NCBI GenBank assembly: GCA_963666275.2
Contig: CAXXOA010000003.1
Span: 288,001 to 352,000, forward strand
Source: Oceanispirochaeta sp.
Lineage (GTDB): Bacteria; Spirochaetota; Spirochaetia; DSM-2461
DNA: 64,000 nt
Direction of reading: 5' to 3'
Positions 55,953 to 64,000 of the stretch are shown piece after piece. The notes under the pieces are model-generated. The model saw nothing but the letters and a program-made list of their open reading frames with translations, did not search any database and was not told the DNA's origin. Position numbers and translations under genes: made by a program. Each line of letters begins with the position of its first letter. The stretch's first letter is position 1.

Positions 55953-56358
55953 ATTGACTGGTCCCGATCTCTCTACTGACCCGACTTTTCCTGTCCAGGC
56001 CGGCTGCGCCCCTTTTTTGACCTCTATCAGATTGGAGTTCCTCTGAATAATCTCCTTCCATATAGACGGCTCCAGCACCTCCAGCCTTTTGTGATCAGGT
56101 AGTAGAGATTGCTGTCTGCCAGGCCGGAGATATCCGTATTGAGCTGATAGGCCATTTTGTACTTCCGGGAGCTGCTCAACCGAGTTGGGCACTGCGGTTG
56201 AGACTATAATCCAGTGACTGCATTGTCTCTGACCGAACCCTTATAAATCTATTTTGCAAAAACTCATTAATAATCCAATGAAATTACCCCATTAATCAGA
56301 TTGGACGGATTGGAATTCTCACGGTATGATAAAAGTCATCAAAAAAGAGGGAATCCCT

Positions 56359-57960
56359 ATGGAAGAGTTATACAAACTGATTCTGGTGGACGATGAAGAT
56401 GAGGTCAGGGGCCGTATCTCTTCCAAAATCTCCGAAGACAGCGGTTTTTCCGTCGTGGGGACCGCAGGAAACGGATACGACGCCCTGGAACTGATTGAAA
56501 AATATTCCCCCCACGTTGTTCTTACAGACATAAAAATGCCATTTATTGACGGGATAGAACTGGCTTCAACCATACGGAGGGATTATCCCACCGTACGGGT
56601 GGCCTTTATCACTGGATACGACGAGTTTGACTATGCCCGGGAAGCCATAGAGCTGAATGTCTACAGCTATCTGACAAAACCGGTTACCCAGGGGGATATT
56701 TCCCGGTTTCTGGACAAGCTGAAAGCGGAACTGGATAAGGAGATCAAGGAAAAGTACAACCTGGAACTTCTGAAAAGCCGGTTCGAGCAGAGCATTCCCC
56801 TGATCATTGACAACTATTTTACTTCCTATCTTGTTTCTACAACTACCGGCCATGCCGGAGACATCGAAAACCTGAAATCCTACGGAGTTTCCCTGGATGA
56901 CAGCAGCTATCTTCTATCCTATATAAAAATGGAACGGGATGATTCCATGCAGGATGTGATGGAATATGAAAAGCGGAAGCTCTCTCTCCGCTCGGTTATC
57001 CAGTCGATCATGGAACGTCACAGCTATGACTACTACAGTTTCCTTTTCAATGACGGGATCATTTTTATTATTAAAGAGAAGGGAAAGCTCTTTCTGAGAG
57101 AGGTCGATCAGGTCTTCTATGAGATGCAGAAAAAGGCGGAACGCTTTCTTTCCGCCAGAATCGATATAGGAATCAGTTCTCTCCACCGGGAATTCCGGCA
57201 GCTTCACCAGGCCTATGAAGAGGCAGGCAAGGCGCTGGCCTACAGTAAATTCCTCAATGCGGGAAGGATCATCTACATTGATCAGCTGGAGGAGAACCAG
57301 CCCAAAATCCTCAATCTGAGCGAATCGGAAATCCGGAATCTGGAGTATACTGTCAAATTCGGGACAGACAATGAAATCCGCAACCTTATGGAAACTTTCA
57401 AGCTCAATGCCCTGAGGGATAACAAAACCGTTGCCAACTACAGGCCCTACATCATCAACATGCTTCATATTATGGTCAATTACGCAGATTCCATCGGACT
57501 TGATCTGAATACCCTCATAGGAGGGGATGTTCTGGAGGAGATGGTCAAATTCCGGAGTCTGGAACAGATGTTCGACTGGGCCCTTTCTATTTTTCTGAAA
57601 CTGAGGGAACTGAATCTGACCACAAAAATGACAAGTTCCCAGAAACTCCTGGATAGAGCCGTCAGGTATATAAATGACAATTTTTCTGATACGACAATTT
57701 CCATGGAAAAGGTTTGTGACGATCTCGGCATCAGTATCTCCTATCTGAGTCTTCTCTTCAAAAAGGAGAGAGAGACGACCTTTGTCAGGTATCTTACAAG
57801 CGTAAGGATGGAGAAAGCCAAGGAGTATCTGAAGCTGACAGGAGATAAAATTATTGATATCGCCGGCAAATGCGGCTATAACGAGGTTTACTACTTCAGT
57901 CACAGTTTTAAAAAATACACAGGCCTCTCGCCCAAAAAATACAGAGAAGAGGTTTCATGA
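56359..57960 (+). CDS. YesN-like response regulator (REC + AraC HTH)
   Basis: ILVDDE, TDIKMP, YLTKP; C-terminal GYNEVYYFSHSFKKYTGLSPKKYR. Start 56359 (SD gaggg) or 56326. Confidence 0.93.
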   Translation: MEELYKLILVDDEDEVRGRISSKISEDSGFSVVGTAGNGYDALELIEKYSPHVVLTDIKMPFIDGIELASTIRRDYPTVRVAFITGYDEFDYAREAIELNVYSYLTKPVTQGDISRFLDKLKAELDKEIKEKYNLELLKSRFEQSIPLIIDNYFTSYLVSTTTGHAGDIENLKSYGVSLDDSSYLLSYIKMERDDSMQDVMEYEKRKLSLRSVIQSIMERHSYDYYSFLFNDGIIFIIKEKGKLFLREVDQVFYEMQKKAERFLSARIDIGISSLHREFRQLHQAYEEAGKALAYSKFLNAGRIIYIDQLEENQPKILNLSESEIRNLEYTVKFGTDNEIRNLMETFKLNALRDNKTVANYRPYIINMLHIMVNYADSIGLDLNTLIGGDVLEEMVKFRSLEQMFDWALSIFLKLRELNLTTKMTSSQKLLDRAVRYINDNFSDTTISMEKVCDDLGISISYLSLLFKKERETTFVRYLTSVRMEKAKEYLKLTGDKIIDIAGKCGYNEVYYFSHSFKKYTGLSPKKYREEVS

Positions 57961-59693
57961 AAAGGCATTCAATTCATGATCTCTCCATCTCTCAGAGTAT
58001 TCTGGCGGCAACTCTGATTATCGTTGTGGGAGTTCTTCTTTTTACAAGCATTGTCTACTATACCTCATTTTCCCGCCGAACCGATGCCCTTGTGGAGAGC
58101 CAGTCCCGTGAAATCAATAAACAGATTGTTCTGAACTATAAAAGCTATATTTCCAGTGTTCTTGAAACGGCCAACTATATCCTTTCGGGGTCAATCAACC
58201 TGGATGCCCGGGATTCAATTGACTCTCTCCAGAGGCTCTATTCCTCCAGTATGGAGATAAAAAAGGATGTGGCTTCGATTTTTCTCTTCGACTCTCAGGG
58301 GAACCTTGTGCTGGGGAGTTTTCCCATTCCCAACGCCTGGGCGAACTTCTCCGGAGAAAACTGGTTCATCAATGCCAGAAACGAAAGGACCATCTTTCAT
58401 TTCTCCCCTCCTCACGATATGGGTATCTTTTCCACAGAAGGGGAGGAGGTCATCTCTGTCTCCCGGCTTATCGAATACTCGGACGGGGGCGTCAGAAAGG
58501 AGGGGGTTCTTCTGATTGAACTGAACTTCAATACCCTTGCGGAACTGGCCGCCCAGACCAATCTGGGAAAAGGGGGGCATATCCTCATAATTGATGACAA
58601 TGATTCCCTCCTCTACTCCTTCGGGGGAGATTCATTCAAAGCAATGGAAGAGAGCTACAGGCTGTCGGTAGAAAATCTCATGGGGGGATTCAAGGCCCTT
58701 ATTGACAGCAGAGAAATGTATATCAATATCAACACCCTGGCCCAGACCCGCTGGAGGATTGTGACTGTTTACAATATCAATGCCATTGCCGAAGCAAAGG
58801 ACAGGATGATTCTGATCATTTTTATGATGTTCCTTGTCAGTTTCTTCGTTACTGCTGTCATTGCCTACTGGATCTCCTACAGGATCACCCGTCCTCTCTA
58901 TCAGCTTGAAAAAACAATGGAAAGGATCGAGAAAGGGGACTTTCACAGCAAGGTCGAGGTGTCCGGACAGAAAGAGATTGTTCTGCTGGCCGGGTCCTTC
59001 AACAGTATGATTGATGAAATCCGGACCCTTATGATTAAAGTCGTGGATGAACAGAGGGAGAAGAGGAAAACCGAGCTGAAGGCTCTGCAGAATCAGATCA
59101 ATCCCCACTTCCTCTACAATACTCTGGATTCCATAGTCTGGCTGGCGGAAAATCAGAGGTCCCAGGATGTCATCAATACCGTGGTGGCTCTGGCCCGTTT
59201 CTTCAGAATCAGTATCTCCAAGGGGAAAAACTTCATCTCCGTGCGGAGTGAGATCGAACACATCAAAAACTACCTTACCATTCAGTCTATCCGGTATGTG
59301 GACAAGTTTACCTACAGTTTTGAGGTGGATGAGGATATTCTGGAAAAAAAGGTCATGAAGCTGATTCTTCAGCCTATTGTGGAAAATGCCATCTACCATG
59401 GAGTGGGAGAAGAGGACGGGTATATCTCCATTTCAGGCCGGCAGGAAGGCAATTTCCTCTATTTCTCTGTCACCAATTCGGGATACGGTCTGACCGATGA
59501 GCGAATCGAAGAGATTCACAGGGTCCTGGAGGGAGGAGAGGGGGATACCGGAGTGGGGCTGAAGAATGTCTACCTCCGCCTGAAAATCTACTACGGAGAC
59601 AAGGCGGATATCCTTTTCAGCAGCGAGCTGGATGAGTGGACCAGGGTTACCATAAAAATTCCTCTGGCAACCAGCGGGGGGAGCGGTTCATGA
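57957..59693 (+). CDS. YesM-like sensor histidine kinase (Cache, HAMP, His_kinase)
   Basis: ALQNQINPHFLYNTLDSI, LQPIVENAIYHG, GVGLKNV. Confidence 0.95.
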   Translation: MKRHSIHDLSISQSILAATLIIVVGVLLFTSIVYYTSFSRRTDALVESQSREINKQIVLNYKSYISSVLETANYILSGSINLDARDSIDSLQRLYSSSMEIKKDVASIFLFDSQGNLVLGSFPIPNAWANFSGENWFINARNERTIFHFSPPHDMGIFSTEGEEVISVSRLIEYSDGGVRKEGVLLIELNFNTLAELAAQTNLGKGGHILIIDDNDSLLYSFGGDSFKAMEESYRLSVENLMGGFKALIDSREMYININTLAQTRWRIVTVYNINAIAEAKDRMILIIFMMFLVSFFVTAVIAYWISYRITRPLYQLEKTMERIEKGDFHSKVEVSGQKEIVLLAGSFNSMIDEIRTLMIKVVDEQREKRKTELKALQNQINPHFLYNTLDSIVWLAENQRSQDVINTVVALARFFRISISKGKNFISVRSEIEHIKNYLTIQSIRYVDKFTYSFEVDEDILEKKVMKLILQPIVENAIYHGVGEEDGYISISGRQEGNFLYFSVTNSGYGLTDERIEEIHRVLEGGEGDTGVGLKNVYLRLKIYYGDKADILFSSELDEWTRVTIKIPLATSGGSGS

Positions 59694-60634
59694 AAAAAGG
59701 TATTCTGGCAGTTCTGTTTATGGTCCTTCTTGGCGGATGCGACAGCCGTTATATGCGGGTGGGATTGATACTCTATAATCTGGAAGATCCCTTTGTGGAG
59801 AGTTTTGCCGAAAAAATTCAGGAGGAAGCCTCGGGGAAGATGATCCTGGATGTCTATGATTCCCAGAACTCCCAGATCCTTCAGAATGAGTATATAGAAA
59901 CTCTTCTGAAAGAGGATCCGGACCTGGTGGTTCTGAACCCTGTTGACCGTCTGGGAGTCTATCCCATTATCCGGAAGCTGAAAAAGGAGAATATTCCTGT
60001 TATCTTTTTCAACAGGGAGCCCCTTGTCAAGGACATGAAACTCTGGAACAGAGCCTATTATGTGGGAGCCCTGGCGGAACAGTCCGGGCAGATGCAGGCC
60101 CAGCTGATTATGGACTTTTTCGGTGGTGATCCTGACAATCTGAATGAGAATGATCTGAATGGAGACAATGCGATTCAGGCTGTTATTATGAAAGGAGAGC
60201 AGGGCCATCAGGATGCGGAAATCCGGACCTCTGAGGTCATCCGGGCTTTTAAAACAGCCGGTTACAATCTGGACCTGCTGGAGATCGTCGGAGCCAACTG
60301 GAACCGAATTGAGGCATACGAAAGGGCCGGAGAGATTCTGGATAACTACGGTGGCCGACTGGAAGCGGTCCTTTCCAATAATGATGCCATGGCCCTTGGC
60401 TTTATAGAGAGAATGCTTGTCGAACAGGGACAGATAGATATTCCCGTAGTGGGAATCGACGGAATAGATGTGGCTGTGAATCAGATCAAGGAGGGCAACC
60501 TTTACGGGACTGTTCTGAATGACTCGGAAGCCCAGGCCAAAGCCATTATGGATCTGGCCCGGGCTATTCTCAGCGGATACCCGCCGGAAGAGCAGTATAT
60601 CTGGGTGAACTATCAGCCTTTCAGTCTCGAATAA
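59690..60634 (+). CDS. Galactose-binding-protein-like lipoprotein (accessory/sensory MglB paralogue)
   Basis: Lipobox LGGC; NPVD, IFFNREP, GEQGHQDA..RT, SNNDAMALG, GTVLND; start overlaps the kinase stop. Confidence 0.88.
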   Translation: MKKGILAVLFMVLLGGCDSRYMRVGLILYNLEDPFVESFAEKIQEEASGKMILDVYDSQNSQILQNEYIETLLKEDPDLVVLNPVDRLGVYPIIRKLKKENIPVIFFNREPLVKDMKLWNRAYYVGALAEQSGQMQAQLIMDFFGGDPDNLNENDLNGDNAIQAVIMKGEQGHQDAEIRTSEVIRAFKTAGYNLDLLEIVGANWNRIEAYERAGEILDNYGGRLEAVLSNNDAMALGFIERMLVEQGQIDIPVVGIDGIDVAVNQIKEGNLYGTVLNDSEAQAKAIMDLARAILSGYPPEEQYIWVNYQPFSLE

Positions 60635-60834
60635 TCAGAATATATCCCCGGATTTCTCTGTTTTCGGTCAATAACCCAACCAAAAGAATCTTATATCGAA
60701 AAATCCTAATAAAGCCTGATTTATTAGAAAATCTTATAAATATTGAAGAAAATATCACATTGTGGTCTCCCGGATCGGTGCTAGACTGGATTCATAACCA
60801 TGAAAAAAACACGGTTAAAGGAGATGTAATTTTT

Positions 60835-61851
60835 ATGAAAAGAAGTGTAATTCTTATTGCTATGATCGCACTGATGGTGCTCCCTTTCGGTCTTTTCGCA
60901 GAAGGTCAGAAAGATGATGGAAAAATCGTAATCGGTGCCAACATCTATAGCTTCGCAGACAACTTTATGAATGGTGTTATGAAGCCCGAGCTGGAAAGAT
61001 ATGCCAAAGAAAAAGGTGTAGAAATTCAGGTTGTCGACTCTGAAGGACAGCAGGCAATTCTGAACAATCAGATTGACGTTTTCATTACCAAAAAAGTGGA
61101 TGTTCTTGCGATCAACCTGGTAGACCCCGCTTCTGCCCAGTCTGTTATTGAAAAAGCAAAAAAAGCTGACATCCCCCTGATCCTTTTCAACAAGGAAGGT
61201 TCAAAAGAAGCCATGGCTTCCTACGATAAAGTCTGGTATGTGGGAACCAACTCAGCCGAGTCCGGAATTATCCAGGGCGAAATGATGGTTGCCGACTGGA
61301 ACGCACACCCCGAATGGGATAAAAACGGCGACGGTGCTGTACAGTATGTTCTTCTTAAAGGTGAACCCGGACATCCCGATGCGGAAGCCAGAACAAGAGA
61401 ATCTGTAAAAGCCTTTGTTGATGCGGGAATCGAAGTTGATCAGCTGGCTCTTGAAGCTGACCCCAACTGGTCTACCCAGCACGGTAATGACAAAATGGCT
61501 GCATGGCTCACATCTTCTTTCGGAAAAGATATTGAGCTTGTTATCTGTAACAACGACGGTATGGCTTTCGGTGCAATCACCGCTATGAAAGCTGCCGGTG
61601 TAAGACTCCCCATCTACGGTGTTGACGCTCTGGCTCAGGCTCTGACTCACATCGAAGACGGCGAACTGGACGGAACAGTTCTGAACGACGGTGTAAACCA
61701 GTCCAGAGCCACTGTTGATCTGGCTATCAACGCTGCCATGGGTAAAGATGTTGTTGCCGGTACCGGTTGGACTCTGACTACTGACGGAACAAAAGCGGTT
61801 CGCGTACCCTACGTTGCCGTTACTCCCGATAACTACGAGGATTTCCGCTAG
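60835..61851 (+). CDS. mglB: Galactose/methyl-galactoside ABC transporter substrate-binding protein
   Basis: AINLVDP, FNKE, YVGT...ESG.IQG, WDKNGDG..QYVLLKGEPGHPDAEART, GTVLND; SD aaggag. Confidence 0.92.
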   Translation: MKRSVILIAMIALMVLPFGLFAEGQKDDGKIVIGANIYSFADNFMNGVMKPELERYAKEKGVEIQVVDSEGQQAILNNQIDVFITKKVDVLAINLVDPASAQSVIEKAKKADIPLILFNKEGSKEAMASYDKVWYVGTNSAESGIIQGEMMVADWNAHPEWDKNGDGAVQYVLLKGEPGHPDAEARTRESVKAFVDAGIEVDQLALEADPNWSTQHGNDKMAAWLTSSFGKDIELVICNNDGMAFGAITAMKAAGVRLPIYGVDALAQALTHIEDGELDGTVLNDGVNQSRATVDLAINAAMGKDVVAGTGWTLTTDGTKAVRVPYVAVTPDNYEDFR

Positions 61852-61886
61852 GAAATACGGCCCGTAAAAGGGACTGTTAACTGGAA

Positions 61887-61920
61887 AATGGCTGGCTCTA
61901 CGGAGCCGGTCATTTTTTAT
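61887..61920 (+). terminator. Intercistronic hairpin/terminator after mglB
   Basis: AAAATGGCTGGCTC-tacg-GAGCCGGTCATTTT followed by TT. Confidence 0.65.
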
Positions 61921-62016
61921 CATAGATTACGGCTGCCTGTATCCTCCTTAAAAGGGATTCTGCATGCCGGGTAATATGTGAATTATCGTGCCGTGGCGCG
62001 AAGAGAGGTTATTCTT

Positions 62017-63540
62017 TTGCAGGAAGAATTTTTATTAAGAATTAAAAATGTCTGTAAGGCGTTTTCGGGTGTTCGGGTTCTGAAGCATGTGAACCTGGAT
62101 GTAAGGCCCGGATCCGTACACGCTCTTATGGGTGAAAACGGAGCCGGAAAATCCACTCTGATGAAATGCCTCTTCGGCATTTATATTCAGGATGAAGGGC
62201 AGTTTTTTCTGGAAGGGCAGGAGTATAACTTCCAGGATCCCAAACATGCTCTGGAAAACGGAGTCTCCATGGTACATCAGGAACTCAATCAGGTTGTTCA
62301 ACGTACCATTACGGATAATATATGGCTGGGCCGTTATCCGAAGAAAGGGGTTTTTGTCGACGAGAAAAAGATGCACAAAGACACGAAGGCCCTGTTTGAC
62401 CGCCTTGGTATCCATCTGGATCCCAATACCTATCTGAACAAACTCTCTGTTTCTCAGAGACAGATGGTGGAAATAGCCAAAGCGGTTTCCTATGATGCGA
62501 AAATTATCGTACTGGATGAGCCTACATCTTCATTGACAGACAACGAAGTCAAAAAGCTTTTTGACATTATCAGTGTCCTCAAAAATGAAGGCGTGGGAGT
62601 TGTCTATATTTCTCATAAAATGGAAGAAATCTTTGAGATCTGTGATGAAGTGACCGTCCTGAGAGACGGTGAGTATATCGGAACAGAAAAAATCAAAGAT
62701 ATAGATATGGAAAAGATCGTCAATATGATGGTCGGAAGAAACCTGGAAGAGAGATTCCCTCCCAAAACAAATGAGCCCGGCGGGGTTCATATGACTGTGA
62801 AGAATCTTTCCACCATGTACGCTCCCTTTGTCAGAGATGTGAACTTTGAACTGAGAAAGGGGGAAATCCTGGGGGTAGCCGGTCTTGTCGGTGCGGGAAG
62901 AACGGAAATGGTCGAAGCTATTTTCGGAGCCCGGACGCTGCTGAGCGGTGAAATCTTCATAGACGGCAAAAAAATTGATAACTCCACCCCTCACAAAGCG
63001 ATCAATAACCGGTTTGCCCTTTTAACCGAGGAGCGTCGTGAAACGGGAATCTATCCCATCGCAGACATTACATTCAACTCAACTATCTCCAATGTGAACT
63101 CCTATAAAAACAGGTTCGGCTGGCTTCTGGACCGGAAGATGCAGAGTGATACGGATAAGCAGATCCAGAATATGCGGATCAAGACTCCCAACAGAAGAGA
63201 ACTTATCCGGTCTCTCAGCGGTGGAAACCAGCAGAAAGTTATCATTGGCCGCTGGCTTCTGACCAACCCGGATATTCTGCTTCTTGATGAACCCACAAGG
63301 GGAATCGATGTGGGAGCAAAGTTCGAAATCTATCAGCTGATTATCGACCTTGCCAGAAGCGGAAAATCTGTGATCGTTGTTTCATCGGAAATGCCTGAGC
63401 TGCTTGGTATTACCAACAGAATCATGGTTATGAGCAACGGAAGGGTTTCGGGAATTGTGAATACCGATGAAACAACCCAGACAGAGATCTTCAATCTGTC
63501 TGCAAAATATTTGAATAATAATAAAGAGGCGGAAGTATGA
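62017..63540 (+). CDS. mglA: Galactose/methyl-galactoside ABC transporter ATP-binding protein
   Basis: [18 protein letters not shown], two ABC halves, [36 protein letters not shown] start 62017 chosen from SD gagg. Confidence 0.93.
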   Translation: MQEEFLLRIKNVCKAFSGVRVLKHVNLDVRPGSVHALMGENGAGKSTLMKCLFGIYIQDEGQFFLEGQEYNFQDPKHALENGVSMVHQELNQVVQRTITDNIWLGRYPKKGVFVDEKKMHKDTKALFDRLGIHLDPNTYLNKLSVSQRQMVEIAKAVSYDAKIIVLDEPTSSLTDNEVKKLFDIISVLKNEGVGVVYISHKMEEIFEICDEVTVLRDGEYIGTEKIKDIDMEKIVNMMVGRNLEERFPPKTNEPGGVHMTVKNLSTMYAPFVRDVNFELRKGEILGVAGLVGAGRTEMVEAIFGARTLLSGEIFIDGKKIDNSTPHKAINNRFALLTEERRETGIYPIADITFNSTISNVNSYKNRFGWLLDRKMQSDTDKQIQNMRIKTPNRRELIRSLSGGNQQKVIIGRWLLTNPDILLLDEPTRGIDVGAKFEIYQLIIDLARSGKSVIVVSSEMPELLGITNRIMVMSNGRVSGIVNTDETTQTEIFNLSAKYLNNNKEAEV

Positions 63541-64000
63541 TAAGTTCTGAAAGAGAGAACCTCTTCAGTGTCAGAAAGACAAAAGAAGAGTGGAAAGACT
63601 TTTTTATCAATAATGCAATATACATTGTAATTGCCGTAATCATTATGATCATTGTCATCAGCGAACCGGCATTCGTATCCTGGGCTGTTCTGAAAAATAT
63701 ACTCACCCAGTCTTCGGTCCGGCTGATACTGGCTTTTGGTGTTGCCGGAATCATTATCCTTCAGGGAACAGACCTTTCTCTGGGGAGAATGGTGGGATTT
63801 GCCGCGGTTATTTCGGCGTCTCTGCTCCAGAGGCCTGATTATCCCTCAAGGTTCTATCCGGATATGGTTCAGCTGCCTCTGTTCGTACCCCTTCTGGCTG
63901 CCATCGCCGCCTGTGCGTTCTTCTCCATGATCAACGGATGGGTGGTTGCCACCTTCAAGATTCACCCCTTCCTGGCAACCATGGGTATGATGATTACCCT
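63537..64000 (+). CDS. mglC: Galactose ABC permease (partial, runs off the window end)
   Basis: ATG 63537 overlaps the mglA stop; translates to ...[45 protein letters not shown], typical of MglC. Not in the ORF track. Confidence 0.9.
   Translation, partial: MISSERENLFSVRKTKEEWKDFFINNAIYIVIAVIIMIIVISEPAFVSWAVLKNILTQSSVRLILAFGVAGIIILQGTDLSLGRMVGFAAVISASLLQRPDYPSRFYPDMVQLPLFVPLLAAIAACAFFSMINGWVVATFKIHPFLATMGMMIT

Noticed and set aside
55839..56192. 117-aa minus-strand ORF as an intact gene
   Set aside because: It runs through a terminator into the convergent AcuB-like gene and has no SD; at best part of a relic (see findings).
1..64000. CRISPR array, tRNA/rRNA, integrase, transposase or prophage genes
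   Set aside because: No regularly spaced repeats, cloverleaf or rRNA-like sequence, or recombinase motifs were seen by eye.

Overview
A 64-kb chromosomal window, most likely from a free-living anaerobic spirochaete (Spirochaetaceae/Oceanispirochaeta-like). This is inferred from the 'GGSQE/GGAQE'-type solute-binding protein N-termini, the MCP signature IEAAHAG, and a BB0323-like LysM protein. The window is mostly metabolic and transport genes: a LacI-linked amidohydrolase/YgeY cluster, a GntR-controlled kinase-aldolase-dehydrogenase-ABC-amidohydrolase operon, a polyol/ketose cluster with transketolase, a polar amino-acid ABC transporter, a malate module, and a YesMN-like two-component system with mglBAC. 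I found no rRNA, tRNA, CRISPR array, integrase or transposase. The standout feature is absent from the ORF track: a molybdenum-cofactor (Moco) riboswitch on the minus strand at about 34731-34830, with its own sigma70 promoter. It sequesters the ribosome-binding site of a three-gene operon encoding a sugar-family (CUT1) solute-binding protein with an extra N-terminal domain, a lipoprotein made of three Cys-less molybdopterin-binding-like domains, and a fused MalF-MalG permease. Together these form a candidate Moco/molybdopterin uptake (salvage) system. Other points of interest: a WYL regulator coupled to a radical SAM gene; a beta-barrel/transglutaminase-like/TPR protein paired with an AT-rich Ig-fold lipoprotein; several REP/MITE-like palindromes; repeated leaderless-type promoters; and a Bacteroidota-like transketolase. 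All family assignments come from motif recognition by eye, not database searches.
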